NCBI GenBank assembly: GCA_002352145.1
Contig: DEHX01000097.1
Coordinates: forward strand, 1-48,988
DNA length: 48,988 nt
Direction: 5' to 3'
From: Chitinophagaceae bacterium UBA2789
GTDB lineage: Bacteria; Bacteroidota; Bacteroidia; Chitinophagales; Chitinophagaceae
Below are positions 27,948-38,197 of this stretch, piece by piece. Made by a program: the position numbers and the translations under genes. Position 1 is the stretch's first letter. Each line of letters opens with the position of its first letter. Under the pieces are notes generated by a model. That model saw nothing but the letters and a program-made list of their open reading frames with translations, had not been told where the DNA came from and searched no databases.

Positions 27948-28982
27948 ATGGCACAATTACACAACCGCATCTCCAGAAAGGAGTTGAAAGAAGCTGTTTT
28001 AAACGATCCCACACCAAGAACGACGATTTCGTTTTACTGTTATTTTAAAATTCAAAATCCCCAGGAATTCCGCAATGTCTTATACCGGGATTTAAAGGAA
28101 ATTGGGGTGTTGGGAAGAATTTATGTAGCTGAGGAAGGAATTAATGCACAGATCAGTGTTCCGTCTGACAATCTTGATAAGTTTAGAAGTTATTTGTATT
28201 CAATCGAGCCTCTTAATGGAGTAAGGCTGAACCTGGCTGTTGATGATGATGGCAAATCCTTTTTTGTATTAGATGTTAAAGTACGTAAAAAGATTGTGGC
28301 AGATGGTATTGAAGACCCGGAGTTTGACATGGGCAATAAAGGTAAATATGTAAATGCCGAACAGTTTAATAAATTGACTGAAGACCCTGATACGGTTGTA
28401 ATAGATATGAGAAATTATTATGAGTATGAGGTTGGTCATTTTCTGAATGCCATTGAGGTGCCCTCTGATACATTCAGGGAACAGTTACCTATGGCAGTAG
28501 ACATGATGAAAGATAAAAGGGATACCAATATTATTATGTATTGTACTGGTGGTATTCGTTGTGAAAAAGCTTCGGCCTATATGCTGCACAAGGGGTTTAA
28601 GAACGTTTTTCACCTGGAGGGTGGTATTATCAATTATGCAAGGCAGGTTAAGGAAAAAGGGTTGCCCAATAAGTTCATAGGTAAAAACTTTGTTTTTGAT
28701 GACAGGTTAGGAGAACGGATCACTGATGACATCATTGCAAACTGCCATCAATGTGGAAAGCCAGCTGATACCCATACCAATTGTAAAAACGACGGTTGCC
28801 ACCTGCTTTTCATTCAATGTGATGAATGTGCTGCAAAATATGAAGGCTGTTGCAGTAAGGAATGCCAGGATACCATTCATCTTCCGTCCGAAAGAAGGAA
28901 AGAACTCCGGAAGGGGATTGATAAAGGGCAACATATTTTTAACAAATCAAGGCAACGGCTGTTTCCCCGAGGCCATAGTTGA
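27948..28982 (+). CDS. trhO: Rhodanese-related tRNA uridine(34) hydroxylase TrhO (YceA/UPF0176)
   Basis: [38 protein letters not shown] and Cys-rich C-terminal domain. TATCTTTG box near 27857. Confidence 0.92.
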   Translation: MAQLHNRISRKELKEAVLNDPTPRTTISFYCYFKIQNPQEFRNVLYRDLKEIGVLGRIYVAEEGINAQISVPSDNLDKFRSYLYSIEPLNGVRLNLAVDDDGKSFFVLDVKVRKKIVADGIEDPEFDMGNKGKYVNAEQFNKLTEDPDTVVIDMRNYYEYEVGHFLNAIEVPSDTFREQLPMAVDMMKDKRDTNIIMYCTGGIRCEKASAYMLHKGFKNVFHLEGGIINYARQVKEKGLPNKFIGKNFVFDDRLGERITDDIIANCHQCGKPADTHTNCKNDGCHLLFIQCDECAAKYEGCCSKECQDTIHLPSERRKELRKGIDKGQHIFNKSRQRLFPRGHS

Positions 28983-28987
28983 TCTCA

Positions 28988-30100
28988 TCAGGGCATTATC
29001 CATTTGATGCAAACCGGTTTACCAATAGGTATTCTTTTACCTGAATCAGTAAGTTGCCCTGTATTTATATCTCTTTTAAAGATGACAATCTCATTACTGT
29101 TTTGATTACAAACCAAAAGGTATGTACCAGTCGGGTCAAAATTGAAATGACGGGGAGTGTTTCCCAGGGTTGGCTGGTGTCCTATCAGATTGAGCTTACC
29201 TTTATTATTTAAAGAGAAAATCGCAATATTATTTATGTTTCCCCGGTTGGAGGCGTATAAAAATTTCCCATCTGGTGAAATGTGTAAATCAGCGCTTCCG
29301 GCAAAGCTACTGTCGCCTTCAACCAAAGTGGAAACCCTTTGTATTCTTTTAAATCTTCCTTGTTTAAATTTGTGTGCTGCTACAGTACCGCTTAACTCTT
29401 CAATAAGGTATCCCACTTTATTATTGGGATGAAAAACAAAATGCCTTGGTCCGGCTCCCGGATCCGATGCTATATATTTTTGTTTACCGGTTGACAATTT
29501 ACCTGTGCCGGCATCAAAACGATAAATCATGGTTTTATCAATACCAAGATCTGGTACCAGCAACCATTTATTATCCGGCGAAAGGACCGTACAATGAACA
29601 TGTGGCCCTTTTTGCCGCTTTTCATTTATGCCTTGCCCTGTATGTTGAATGAGAGTGTCTGCGGAACTTAATCCGCCATCTTTTCTTACCGGAAAGACAG
29701 CGAGATTGCCAGAGCTATAGTTGCCGGCGAACACCCATTTCCCGGTTTTATCCATTTCAATGTAACAAGGGTGGTCACCTCCAGATGACTGTGTATTAAC
29801 ATAAGATAGCCGGCCATTCTTTTTATCAAATGAAAAGGATGTGACTTCGCCTCCGTTTCCATTCTTTCCGTTTTCGTTCACAGAATAAACAAATCTTTCG
29901 TCATTTGATATAGTGAGATAGGAGGGGTTAGAAGTCTTTATATGGCGGACTGGTTTAGCGGTTCCATTATCAGCATTGAAGCGATAAATATATATGCCTT
30001 CGCTGCCGGGTGAATCATATGTGCCTATCAGCAGGTAAAACTCCTGGCATACTGAAGGTTTTGATAAAAAGAAAACACAGAGTAATACTAGAATCTTCAT
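28988..30100 (-). CDS. Lactonase family beta-propeller (6-phosphogluconolactonase/cycloisomerase-like), exported
   Basis: NPSYL, GGDHPCY, ANYSSG, RQKGPHVH, GAGPRH, ASNRG and TPRHF motifs, with an N-terminal signal peptide. Confidence 0.9.
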   Translation of the reverse strand: MKILVLLCVFFLSKPSVCQEFYLLIGTYDSPGSEGIYIYRFNADNGTAKPVRHIKTSNPSYLTISNDERFVYSVNENGKNGNGGEVTSFSFDKKNGRLSYVNTQSSGGDHPCYIEMDKTGKWVFAGNYSSGNLAVFPVRKDGGLSSADTLIQHTGQGINEKRQKGPHVHCTVLSPDNKWLLVPDLGIDKTMIYRFDAGTGKLSTGKQKYIASDPGAGPRHFVFHPNNKVGYLIEELSGTVAAHKFKQGRFKRIQRVSTLVEGDSSFAGSADLHISPDGKFLYASNRGNINNIAIFSLNNKGKLNLIGHQPTLGNTPRHFNFDPTGTYLLVCNQNSNEIVIFKRDINTGQLTDSGKRIPIGKPVCIKWIMP

Positions 30101-30173
30101 AACATTTCTTTCAGAAAGTGAATATCTCTTATTAAAATGATTTTAACAAACCTGTGCATGCTTTGGCAAGGTC

Positions 30174-30188
30174 TGGCACAATCTTATC
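30174..30188 (+). promoter_or_regulatory. Possible sigma54-type -24 box upstream of the Tyr-rich lipoprotein
   Basis: TGGCACAATCTTATC has a good -24 (TGGCAC) and a weak -12. A second TGGCA lies 10 nt upstream at 30164. Confidence 0.3.
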
Positions 30189-30234
30189 ATTGTAGTAATC
30201 GGAAACAGATTTTTAAACTATCAAATCAAAAGCC

Positions 30235-30663
30235 ATGAAAAAGATATTTACTCTTCCGGTTCTTTCATTATTAGCTCTTGTAATTTTACTCAGCAGTTGT
30301 TTTAGGGATACAACTATTGTAAGCAGTAATGAAAACTATTGGTTGTCTAAAGAACAAGGCGAAGTTGTGTACAGTGACAGCTACTGCAACTATTATGTAG
30401 TTGAAACCTATTATGGGTACAATATTGTGCGCAGTTACGGCGGTTACAAGCCTTTTGAAGGATCTATTGTTTATGGAAACTTCAGCAGCCAGGGAACTCG
30501 TGACATGTACAACTATTCAACAGGGGTGGTCTTTACCGGTACAGTAACCGATTATTGGTTAACATATAATGAAGCCCAGGATGCCCTGGATTACTATTGC
30601 CCTCTCTACGGAAAAGGCACCAAAAGAGAATTCAAGACATCAACAGTTATTAAGAAAAAATAA
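30235..30663 (+). CDS. Tyr-rich small lipoprotein of unknown function
   Basis: Lipobox LSSC. 18 Tyr in 142 aa. Followed by a terminator. Confidence 0.8.
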   Translation: MKKIFTLPVLSLLALVILLSSCFRDTTIVSSNENYWLSKEQGEVVYSDSYCNYYVVETYYGYNIVRSYGGYKPFEGSIVYGNFSSQGTRDMYNYSTGVVFTGTVTDYWLTYNEAQDALDYYCPLYGKGTKREFKTSTVIKKK

Positions 30664-30680
30664 CTGACATGGATAAACTT

Positions 30681-30711
30681 AAAGGAGCGGTTTAACAAAC
30701 CGCTCCTTTTT
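30681..30711. terminator. Bidirectional intrinsic terminator
   Basis: AAAGGAGCGGTTT-AAC-AAACCGCTCCTTT between convergent genes. Confidence 0.85.
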
Positions 30712-31636
30712 ATATTAAAGTACTAAGGCAATTAGTCACTCTATTATATAAATCGTCATCACTGATTTTTTCAGGTATAAAAGGTTTGCCAATTACTTTC
30801 TCATAAAGCTCAATATACCTTTTGGAAATAGTTTCCACCCAGTCATCAGTCATCTCCGGAACAGTTTGTCCTTCTTTGCCCATAAAGTTGTTAGCTATCA
30901 GCCATTCCCTGACGAACTCTTTACTTAACTGTTTTTGGCGTTCTCCCTTTTTCTGACGGTCTTCAAAACCTTCTGCATAAAAATACCTCGAGGAATCGGG
31001 GGTGTGTATCTCATCCATCAATACAATTTCATTTTCCAGCTTCCCAAATTCGTATTTGGTATCTACCAATATGAGCCCCCGTTTTGCTGCGATTTCTTTG
31101 CCTCGTTCAAAGAGCCGGAGAGCATAGTTGCTTAATACCTCCCATTCCTCCCTGGTTGCAAGTCCCTTATCAATGATTTCCTCCGGTGAAATATCTTCAT
31201 CATGCCCCTCAGAGGCCTTGGTGCTGGGGGTAATGATAGGGGAGGGGAAGTAATCGTTTTCTTTCATTCCTTCCTGCATAACCGCACCACAAAGTATTCT
31301 CTTGCCTGAAGCATATGTTCGCCAGGCATGTCCCGTCAGATTTCCCCGAACTACCATTTCTATTTTATAAGGCACACATTTTTTTCCGACGGAAACATTT
31401 GGGGCGGGAACGCTAACCAACCAGTTGGGACAAATATCCTTTGTTGCATTTAGCATATATGCAGCAATCTGGTTTAAAACCTGTCCTTTAAAGGGTACAG
31501 GACGGGGAAGGATAACATCAAAAGCTGAGATCCTGTCAGAAGCGACCATTACCAGCCATTGGTCACCGATACTATACACATCCCGGACCTTGCCGCGGTA
31601 AAAACCGGTTTGGCCAGGAAACGAAAATTGACTCAT
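30710..31636 (-). CDS. purC: Phosphoribosylaminoimidazole-succinocarboxamide synthase
   Basis: YRGKVRDVY, SDRISAFD, TPSTKA and LVDTKYEFG...DEIHTPDSSR motifs. Confidence 0.97.
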   Translation of the reverse strand: MSQFSFPGQTGFYRGKVRDVYSIGDQWLVMVASDRISAFDVILPRPVPFKGQVLNQIAAYMLNATKDICPNWLVSVPAPNVSVGKKCVPYKIEMVVRGNLTGHAWRTYASGKRILCGAVMQEGMKENDYFPSPIITPSTKASEGHDEDISPEEIIDKGLATREEWEVLSNYALRLFERGKEIAAKRGLILVDTKYEFGKLENEIVLMDEIHTPDSSRYFYAEGFEDRQKKGERQKQLSKEFVREWLIANNFMGKEGQTVPEMTDDWVETISKRYIELYEKVIGKPFIPEKISDDDLYNRVTNCLSTLI

Positions 31637-31785
31637 AAACCGAATATAGGACGGGCCTAAAAACCGGCCAATCTGGGGGTGTTTAAGATTTCAACAATTT
31701 ATCCTTTCCCCTTAAAAATTAAATTTTTAGATAAACTTTACAATGCTTATTTTTCCGCCAAATTCCAAAACTAAAAATCCCTATT

Positions 31786-34737
31786 ATGAGAAAAAGCTAT
31801 AGCTTTTTGGCTGCATGGTTGATGGCTTGCCTTATTTCTTTTAGTGCTTATGCACAATCCATAACCATTTCAGGTACAGTAAAAAACAGCACCACCAAAG
31901 AGGGTGTACCTGCTGTATCTGTAGCCGTAAAAGGTACCAGCCGGGGTACTTACACAAATTCCGATGGTGAATTCACCCTTACAGTACCCAAACTTCCCGT
32001 AGTATTAGTATTTACTTCTGTTGGTTTTGACAGCCAGGAAGTAACCGTATCCGATGCCTCTCAGCCTGTTGCGGTTGATTTTAAAGTGAATACTGCGCTT
32101 GGACAAGAAGTAGTTGTTGCTGCTGCCCGTGCTCCACAGCGTTTACTGGAGTCTCCCGTTACGGTAGAAAGACTCAGTACAACTGCTCTCCGTAATATGC
32201 CGGCGCCCAACTATTATGAGGCAATCGGAAACCTGAAAGGTGTAGATGTGCATACTGCCAGTTTAACTTTCCGAACAATTACTACCCGTGGATTTGTTAG
32301 TTCAGGTAACCTTCGTTTGAATCAGTTGATTGATGGAATGGATAACCAGGCTCCCGGTTTGAACTTTTCTGTAGGTAGTGTAGTAGGACCCTCTGATCTG
32401 GATGTAGACAACGTAGAAGTTCTCTCCGGCGCCTCTTCAGCATTGTATGGCTCTGGTGGTATGAACGGAACTGTATTGGTTACGACAAAGAATCCATTCA
32501 AATACCAGGGTCTAAGCTTCAATGTCAAGCAAGGTATTATGCATGTTGACGGAAAGCAGCGTAACGCAGCTCCTTTCTATGACTGGAATTTCCGTTGGGC
32601 AAAAGCTTACAAAAACAAATTTGGTATAAAACTCGCAGCCCAGTTAGTAAAAGGTAGCGATTGGGAAGCTGAGGATTACAGAAATAAACAACAGATCGGT
32701 ATTTTAAGTAAAGTGGTGGGCGGCAACCGCCAAAATGACCCCAACTTTAATGGTATCAACATCTATGGAGATGAGACCAGTGCTGATATGAACGGTTTTG
32801 CCTATTTCGTACAGGATCAAACCAGAAGGCAAATACTTGCTGCCTCTTCCGTTATCATACCTGGAGGTTTTGATGTCGTTAATGCTGCTAATACATATTT
32901 CACAGCTATTGGCAATCCTCAATACCCTACAAATGCGCAAATCTCCACTTTCATAACTTCTCTTGCTGCGTTGGGCCCTACAGCACAGGCTGCCGTACAG
33001 CAAATGATGCCTTTCTATATTGGTTTAAGAAATAATTACTTTAATAAAGCTAGTGTTTCAAGAACTGGTTACCAGGAAGATCAACTGGTTGATTACAATA
33101 CAATGAACTTCAAGCTGACAGCTGGTTTACATTATAAAATAACCAATAACCTGGAGGTTTCATTGAACAGCTACCTTGGTACAGGTACAACAGTTTATAC
33201 CGGAGCTGACCGTTATTCTCTGCGTAACCTTAAGATGGCACAGCATAAATTGGAGTTTCGTTCTAAAAACTGGTTTATCCGTGGTTACACAACCCAGGAA
33301 AATGCAGGTGATTCATACAATGCATCAGCATTGGGCGCATTCCTTAATGAATCATACAGAGCCAGCTCTGCCTGGTTCCCGCTTTATATTGGTACTTTCT
33401 CAGAGGGACGCAGGTTGAATGGTGTTGCTGGTCAATTCCCAAGCGATTTCCAACTGCATCAAGCCGCAAGGGCTTCTGCTGACGTTGGTCGCTGGGTGCC
33501 CGGAACAAAGGCCTTTGATTCTGTAGCTGCCGTGATTAAGAAAACCCCAATCAGAAGGGGCGGAGCCTTATTCCTGGATAAATCAGATTTATGGGCTTCT
33601 GATGCACAGTTCAATATTTCTGAAATATTCAAATTCTCTAAGGTAATTGATGTAGTAGCTGGTGTTAGCTGGAAACAATGGGTAATGAATTCTCAGGGTA
33701 CCATTTTTGCTGATACTAACCAGGTTATCAGGATAAACGAATATGGTGCATTTATTCAGTTAAAGAAAAGCCTGTTCAACGATTATCTTACATTGAGTGC
33801 ATCAGGCCGTTTCGATAAGCAAACAAATTTTGATCCACGGTTTACTCCAAGGTTTACTGCGGTGTTAAAGGTTGTAAAAGACAACTTTATCCGTCTTTCT
33901 TATCAGTCAGCTTACCGCTTCCCATCCAACCAAAACCAATATATCAGCCTTGTAACAGGATCTGGTACTTTGATGGGTGCTTTGCCTGAATTTCAGACCT
34001 ATTATAAATTGAATTCAACTTTACCCGGCTATACTGCAGCAAGTGTATTAGCTTACCGTTCCGGTACACTGGCAGATTCAAGCCGCCTGGTTAGAGCACA
34101 GTACAACCCTGTAACACCGGAAACTGTGAAATCATATGAATTGGGTTATAAAGGTGTAATTGGTAAGAAATTACTGGTGGATGCTTATGTATACTACAGC
34201 CGTTATGCTAATTTCCTTGTTAGCGAAGCAGTGGTACAGTCTCGTAACGGAGCCAATTTTGAATTGTACTCTCCATACAGCAGTACCAACGTTTCTTATG
34301 TACAAAACTCAAAAGATGTTATAAAATCCCAGGGCTGGGGTATAGGCGTAGAATACCAGGCGATTAAGAATTACTTTTTCTATGGAAACGTATTCTCTGA
34401 TTACCTTAAAAATGTTGATCCAAGTGTTGTTACATTCTTCAATGCACCTAAATACCGTTTCAACGTAGGTTTGAGGAACGATAATGCTTATAAGAATATA
34501 GGCTTTAACGTGGTATTCAAATGGCAGGATAATAACTACTATGAAGGAACCTTCGTTAGTGGTACACTTCCTTACTTCGGATGGTGGGATGCCCAGGTTA
34601 CTTACCGTCCCCAGGGTACAAAGAGTGTATTTCGGATAGGTGGAACTAACCTTGGTAACTTCTATGCTAGGACTGGTTTTGGAAGCCCTGCAGTAGGGGG
34701 CTTATACTATATGAGCTATGGTTACAACCTGTTTTAA
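31786..34737 (+). CDS. TonB-dependent outer-membrane receptor with N-terminal CarboxypepD_reg-like domain
   Basis: Signal peptide AYA-Q, plug-end motif VEVLSGASSALYGSGGMNGTV, barrel motifs FTPRFTA and PETVKSYELGYK, C-terminal YGYNLF. No adjacent susD. Confidence 0.93.
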   Translation: MRKSYSFLAAWLMACLISFSAYAQSITISGTVKNSTTKEGVPAVSVAVKGTSRGTYTNSDGEFTLTVPKLPVVLVFTSVGFDSQEVTVSDASQPVAVDFKVNTALGQEVVVAAARAPQRLLESPVTVERLSTTALRNMPAPNYYEAIGNLKGVDVHTASLTFRTITTRGFVSSGNLRLNQLIDGMDNQAPGLNFSVGSVVGPSDLDVDNVEVLSGASSALYGSGGMNGTVLVTTKNPFKYQGLSFNVKQGIMHVDGKQRNAAPFYDWNFRWAKAYKNKFGIKLAAQLVKGSDWEAEDYRNKQQIGILSKVVGGNRQNDPNFNGINIYGDETSADMNGFAYFVQDQTRRQILAASSVIIPGGFDVVNAANTYFTAIGNPQYPTNAQISTFITSLAALGPTAQAAVQQMMPFYIGLRNNYFNKASVSRTGYQEDQLVDYNTMNFKLTAGLHYKITNNLEVSLNSYLGTGTTVYTGADRYSLRNLKMAQHKLEFRSKNWFIRGYTTQENAGDSYNASALGAFLNESYRASSAWFPLYIGTFSEGRRLNGVAGQFPSDFQLHQAARASADVGRWVPGTKAFDSVAAVIKKTPIRRGGALFLDKSDLWASDAQFNISEIFKFSKVIDVVAGVSWKQWVMNSQGTIFADTNQVIRINEYGAFIQLKKSLFNDYLTLSASGRFDKQTNFDPRFTPRFTAVLKVVKDNFIRLSYQSAYRFPSNQNQYISLVTGSGTLMGALPEFQTYYKLNSTLPGYTAASVLAYRSGTLADSSRLVRAQYNPVTPETVKSYELGYKGVIGKKLLVDAYVYYSRYANFLVSEAVVQSRNGANFELYSPYSSTNVSYVQNSKDVIKSQGWGIGVEYQAIKNYFFYGNVFSDYLKNVDPSVVTFFNAPKYRFNVGLRNDNAYKNIGFNVVFKWQDNNYYEGTFVSGTLPYFGWWDAQVTYRPQGTKSVFRIGGTNLGNFYARTGFGSPAVGGLYYMSYGYNLF

Positions 34738-34765
34738 TAATTGATATTGGGTTATAAGTATAACT

Positions 34766-34789
34766 AATCCCCCGCATCAGCGGGGGATT
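34766..34789. terminator. Intrinsic terminator hairpin between convergent genes
   Basis: AATCCCCCGC-ATCA-GCGGGGGATT. Confidence 0.75.
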
Positions 34790-34851
34790 CTTATTTGTAT
34801 TAAATTCTTAGACTAATGGGTGAGAGTGGCTAAGAAGAGAAAAGTACAAGC

Positions 34852-35778
34852 TTAGTTTAGTGTTTTTGAAGTTTGCCCTATCATAAGCCCATTATGATAT
34901 AACTGAACTGTATATGTCCCTTTTTGGTAATCTTCGGGGTTCAGTGAGAAGGAGAGTTTTTTGTTTTCCCCCTTTTGATATTCGAATTTTATCTTCCGGG
35001 TGTACCGCTTTTTCCCTTCATTGCGGGTATCTATTGTAGAAGAAGATTCCCATGCATCAATAGTCATTACATTGCCATCAGGCTGATTAACCACAATATA
35101 AAGCTCTGCATTGTCATAATCGCTGATATTATTTTTTACGCCAAATGATACCACCAATTTGCTTGTTTTGGAGGCAGAATTTGTTTCAAGTTCCTTATCT
35201 CTTTTTAAAGTAACTGGCACAAGGTTGAGTTCGGTAGTGACAAAGGTGGAGGCAAGGCTCACTTTTTCTGCCAGCGCTTTGTTTTCCCGGGTTAATTCCT
35301 GCATATTCCCTTCCAGGCTTTTTACCTGGATATTTACTTTATCAAGGGTGGCAGAAATTTGCTGCTTTTCTTCTTCAATTGTATAATTTTTACTTTGTAA
35401 CTCCTGAACCAGTTGTTGCAGTTCAATAGTTTTCTTTCGGGCCAATGCCAGGTCTTCTCGTTTTACGTCATTCTTTTTCAGGATTGCCGCTATCTCTGTT
35501 CTTAATCGGTAAATTTCAGCCAGTTTGTTACTTAGCTCGCCTTTAAGTAGACCTGCTGATGTTCGGGAAGAATCAAGCCGGGCATCAAGTTCATCAATAG
35601 TTTGTGAATAGATTTTATGAAGGGAATCCTGCACACCCTGTGCCACAGCCAGAGAATCTTTTACAAAAATCTCCCTCCTGATTTTGGTGTATTGGGTCTT
35701 GTCGTAAAGATGATAAACCCAAGTGCCCGTTAACCCAACTGACAACATAAGCAGCAAAAGGCTCTTGGTATCTTTCAT
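34852..35778 (-). CDS. Membrane-anchored coiled-coil protein with C-terminal beta-sandwich (paralog of 37097-38071)
   Basis: N-terminal TM, heptad-rich central region and C-terminal KLVVSF..PDG..GTYTVQLYHNG. Confidence 0.8.
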   Translation of the reverse strand: MKDTKSLLLLMLSVGLTGTWVYHLYDKTQYTKIRREIFVKDSLAVAQGVQDSLHKIYSQTIDELDARLDSSRTSAGLLKGELSNKLAEIYRLRTEIAAILKKNDVKREDLALARKKTIELQQLVQELQSKNYTIEEEKQQISATLDKVNIQVKSLEGNMQELTRENKALAEKVSLASTFVTTELNLVPVTLKRDKELETNSASKTSKLVVSFGVKNNISDYDNAELYIVVNQPDGNVMTIDAWESSSTIDTRNEGKKRYTRKIKFEYQKGENKKLSFSLNPEDYQKGTYTVQLYHNGLMIGQTSKTLN

Positions 35779-35792
35779 TACAATTAAACTAC

Positions 35793-36938
35793 TTATTTGG
35801 TTAACTGCTGGTCAACATACGCCGAAACCCATCCAACCTGCCCATTTTTTACGAGATAGAAATGTTTTGTGTCAAAGGCAGATTCAAATTGCCTCATTAT
35901 CTTGAGCAAAAGGCCACAACCTGCCATCAGTGATTTCTGATCAAAAACCTGGTGAACCCTAGTCACCTCTTTTATCACTGCATCTTTTTCATTGGCACGG
36001 TTAATGTTTCCTGCAAGGAAAGAAGCAGAATATACCGGGAAGTTAGTGTAAAGTTTTTCGGAGAATTTTCTGATCTCATCGAACGTTACAGATACTACAG
36101 GGTTGTCTATTAATTCAGGATGGGTAAGAGTGGCAATTGCCCAAGCTATGCCTCCACTAACAGCAATATTATCACTCAAAGGATAAGCGCCGCTGGCATT
36201 AACAGCATAAATAATTTCTGAATTTTCTGCTGCCGCCAGTACCCTGAATAATTGCTTGTTGAAATTTGCCAGGCTCTTATCATTTTCGCATCTTTTATCC
36301 GTTTCATTGGTTGTGCTCTTAGTGCCCCAATTAACCTGGAAGAGTTTAAAATCTTTTGTATTCCCGTAAGGGAAAAAGCCTCCTTTGGTATTACCACTGC
36401 CAATATCGATCAAAAAAGTAGTAAACCTGCGGCTATCAGGTACAATGCCAAGATGTGAAAGGCGAGCCTCCTGTAATACATCAACTACCTCTACTTGACG
36501 CTGGGGTTCATTTATCCTTATCCTGAATGAATCGATAAGTCTTTGCATCCAGGCAGTTTTCTGGTCCTTTTCAGCTTGCATTTTAACACCGCTGCTGAGA
36601 ACTGTAAATATTTTACTGGAAGGTATTTGATAGTCCTTAACCGCTTTATTAAACAACCCGGTAAGACCATTAAGGGTGGCTGAAAATGTTTCGTCGGTAA
36701 AACTGATGAAATCGGTATTCACGGAACTATCTTTCAGAATGGCGATAGCCCCGCTGCTTTTGGCGTTCTTACCTACTTCAATTACACTCATCTTCACTCC
36801 TTTAGAGCCGACTTCAATACCAGAATAAACAGTTGAATTACTGTATTTGGTCTTAATACTGCTTTGTGTAAAAGCAGTCGTACAGATAAGCAAAAAACTA
36901 ACCGTTCCCAGCTGTCTGCAAAACTTTGATATTATCAT
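35793..36938 (-). CDS. Exported Ppx/GppA-like (ASKHA fold) phosphatase-family protein
   Basis: Signal peptide ending AFT-Q. Phosphate-1 GIEVGSKGVK, catalytic-Glu-like QEARL and phosphate-2 IDIGSGNT. Confidence 0.7.
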   Translation of the reverse strand: MIISKFCRQLGTVSFLLICTTAFTQSSIKTKYSNSTVYSGIEVGSKGVKMSVIEVGKNAKSSGAIAILKDSSVNTDFISFTDETFSATLNGLTGLFNKAVKDYQIPSSKIFTVLSSGVKMQAEKDQKTAWMQRLIDSFRIRINEPQRQVEVVDVLQEARLSHLGIVPDSRRFTTFLIDIGSGNTKGGFFPYGNTKDFKLFQVNWGTKSTTNETDKRCENDKSLANFNKQLFRVLAAAENSEIIYAVNASGAYPLSDNIAVSGGIAWAIATLTHPELIDNPVVSVTFDEIRKFSEKLYTNFPVYSASFLAGNINRANEKDAVIKEVTRVHQVFDQKSLMAGCGLLLKIMRQFESAFDTKHFYLVKNGQVGWVSAYVDQQLTK

Positions 36939-36960
36939 GGTGAGTTTATTGGTTGAATAA

Positions 36961-36986
36961 AATTACTGCATTGGTAAGCAGTAATT
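36961..36986. repeat. 9-bp perfect inverted repeat upstream of the Ppx-like gene
   Basis: AATTACTGC-attggtaa-GCAGTAATT. Confidence 0.6.
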
Positions 36987-37041
36987 ATGCCTTCTTGTCT
37001 CACCGGAGTAATATGTGTAAAAGATGTGTGTTTCACTGTAA

Positions 37042-37079
37042 AACAAAAAGCCGTCTGATGAATCAGGACGGCTTTTGTT
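37042..37079 (-). terminator. Intrinsic terminator after the upstream coiled-coil gene
   Basis: AACAAAAAGCCGTCTGAT-GA-ATCAGGACGGCTTTTGTT imperfect hairpin, with A-run on the left (U-run on -). Confidence 0.75.
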
Positions 37080-37096
37080 GCAGGAGTTAACTGCTT

Positions 37097-38071
37097 TTAA
37101 CCGAATAAACCACCTTTTTTCAGGCTTCTCACACCTTCGCCGATTTTGAAGCCATTATGATAAATTTCAACTTTATAATTACCTGTCATGAAGTCATTTT
37201 GCTGAATCGGGAACTGAACTGATTTACGGGTGCCTTGTTCATAATTCACCGGTATCTTAGCAGTAAAGTTTTTATCGCCGTCTGTACGGGTATTGAGCAC
37301 ATTGCCATTTTCAGAAATTATTTTACCGTCAGGGGCTGTTACGATAAGATACATATCCGCCGGCCCGGATTTGGCTATACGGTTCTCCACGTCAAAAGAA
37401 ACAACAAGCTTGTCTACTCTTTTAGCGGTAGTGGTATTTTTCTCTTTACCACCTTTTTTCTCATTAACAGGAGTAACCTGGATGTTGGATGCGCTAAATG
37501 TAGAACCTACATCAACTGTTTTCTCGAGATTCTCTTTTTCGGTCTTTGTTAAGGTGAGGTTTTGCTCAAGGTCTGATTTTTCTTGCTTTAATGTAGTATT
37601 ATCAGCTGTCAACTGCTCATTTTCACCGGTCAGCCGTGCTACTTCTGCTTCCAATGTAGAGATTTTTTCATTCAGCTCATTAATCATCGATTTGGCCTTG
37701 GCCAATTGTGATTGAGTGGCGTTTTTGTCATTTAAAATTTTACGTATCTCAGCCTTTTTAGCATCAATTTCTTTTTGCCTGTCAGCCAACTGGCCCTGGA
37801 GATTGTTGTTGGCGCCAGTCACAGAATCAAGGCGTGCCAGCGCATTATCAAACTCCATTTGAATCTCTGTTTTTGCTGAATCAAGAGATGTTATCTGTGT
37901 TTGCTGATTGGAAATCTTTTCACTGGACTTATTCTTGTCCCATAAAAAGTAACCCCATGATCCCAGTACCACTGCAGCCAGGGCTCCAATGATGATGTTT
38001 TTGGAATTGTTGTTCTTTGCCGGCTGAACCGGTGTACTTCCTGTAGCGGAAGGGTAGTTTGTCTCTGCCAT
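37097..38071 (-). CDS. Membrane-anchored coiled-coil protein with C-terminal beta-sandwich (resembles a conserved Bacteroidota protein of unknown function)
   Basis: Start moved to ATG 38071 (MAETNYPS). TM IIIGALAAVVLGSWGYFLW, long heptad region and KLVVSF..PDG..GNYKVEIYHNG. Confidence 0.82.
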   Translation of the reverse strand: MAETNYPSATGSTPVQPAKNNNSKNIIIGALAAVVLGSWGYFLWDKNKSSEKISNQQTQITSLDSAKTEIQMEFDNALARLDSVTGANNNLQGQLADRQKEIDAKKAEIRKILNDKNATQSQLAKAKSMINELNEKISTLEAEVARLTGENEQLTADNTTLKQEKSDLEQNLTLTKTEKENLEKTVDVGSTFSASNIQVTPVNEKKGGKEKNTTTAKRVDKLVVSFDVENRIAKSGPADMYLIVTAPDGKIISENGNVLNTRTDGDKNFTAKIPVNYEQGTRKSVQFPIQQNDFMTGNYKVEIYHNGFKIGEGVRSLKKGGLFG

Positions 38072-38197
38072 ATTAAGGAATTTAGATTTTTTGTAAATGA
38101 TTTTATAAGGATTACTGAATCCGGCTGCAAGGTACTTCAGCCGTTGCATCCGTTTTTTTTATTTCCTGTTAAAAAAACTTATCCGGGCACTGAAATT

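Noticed and set aside
31637-31785. Riboswitches upstream of purC, the TonB receptor, ribF or yhhQ
   Set aside because: I found no purine, ZMP, FMN, cobalamin, TPP or preQ1 consensus elements by eye, and the leaders are mostly short. An Infernal/Rfam scan would be the decisive test.
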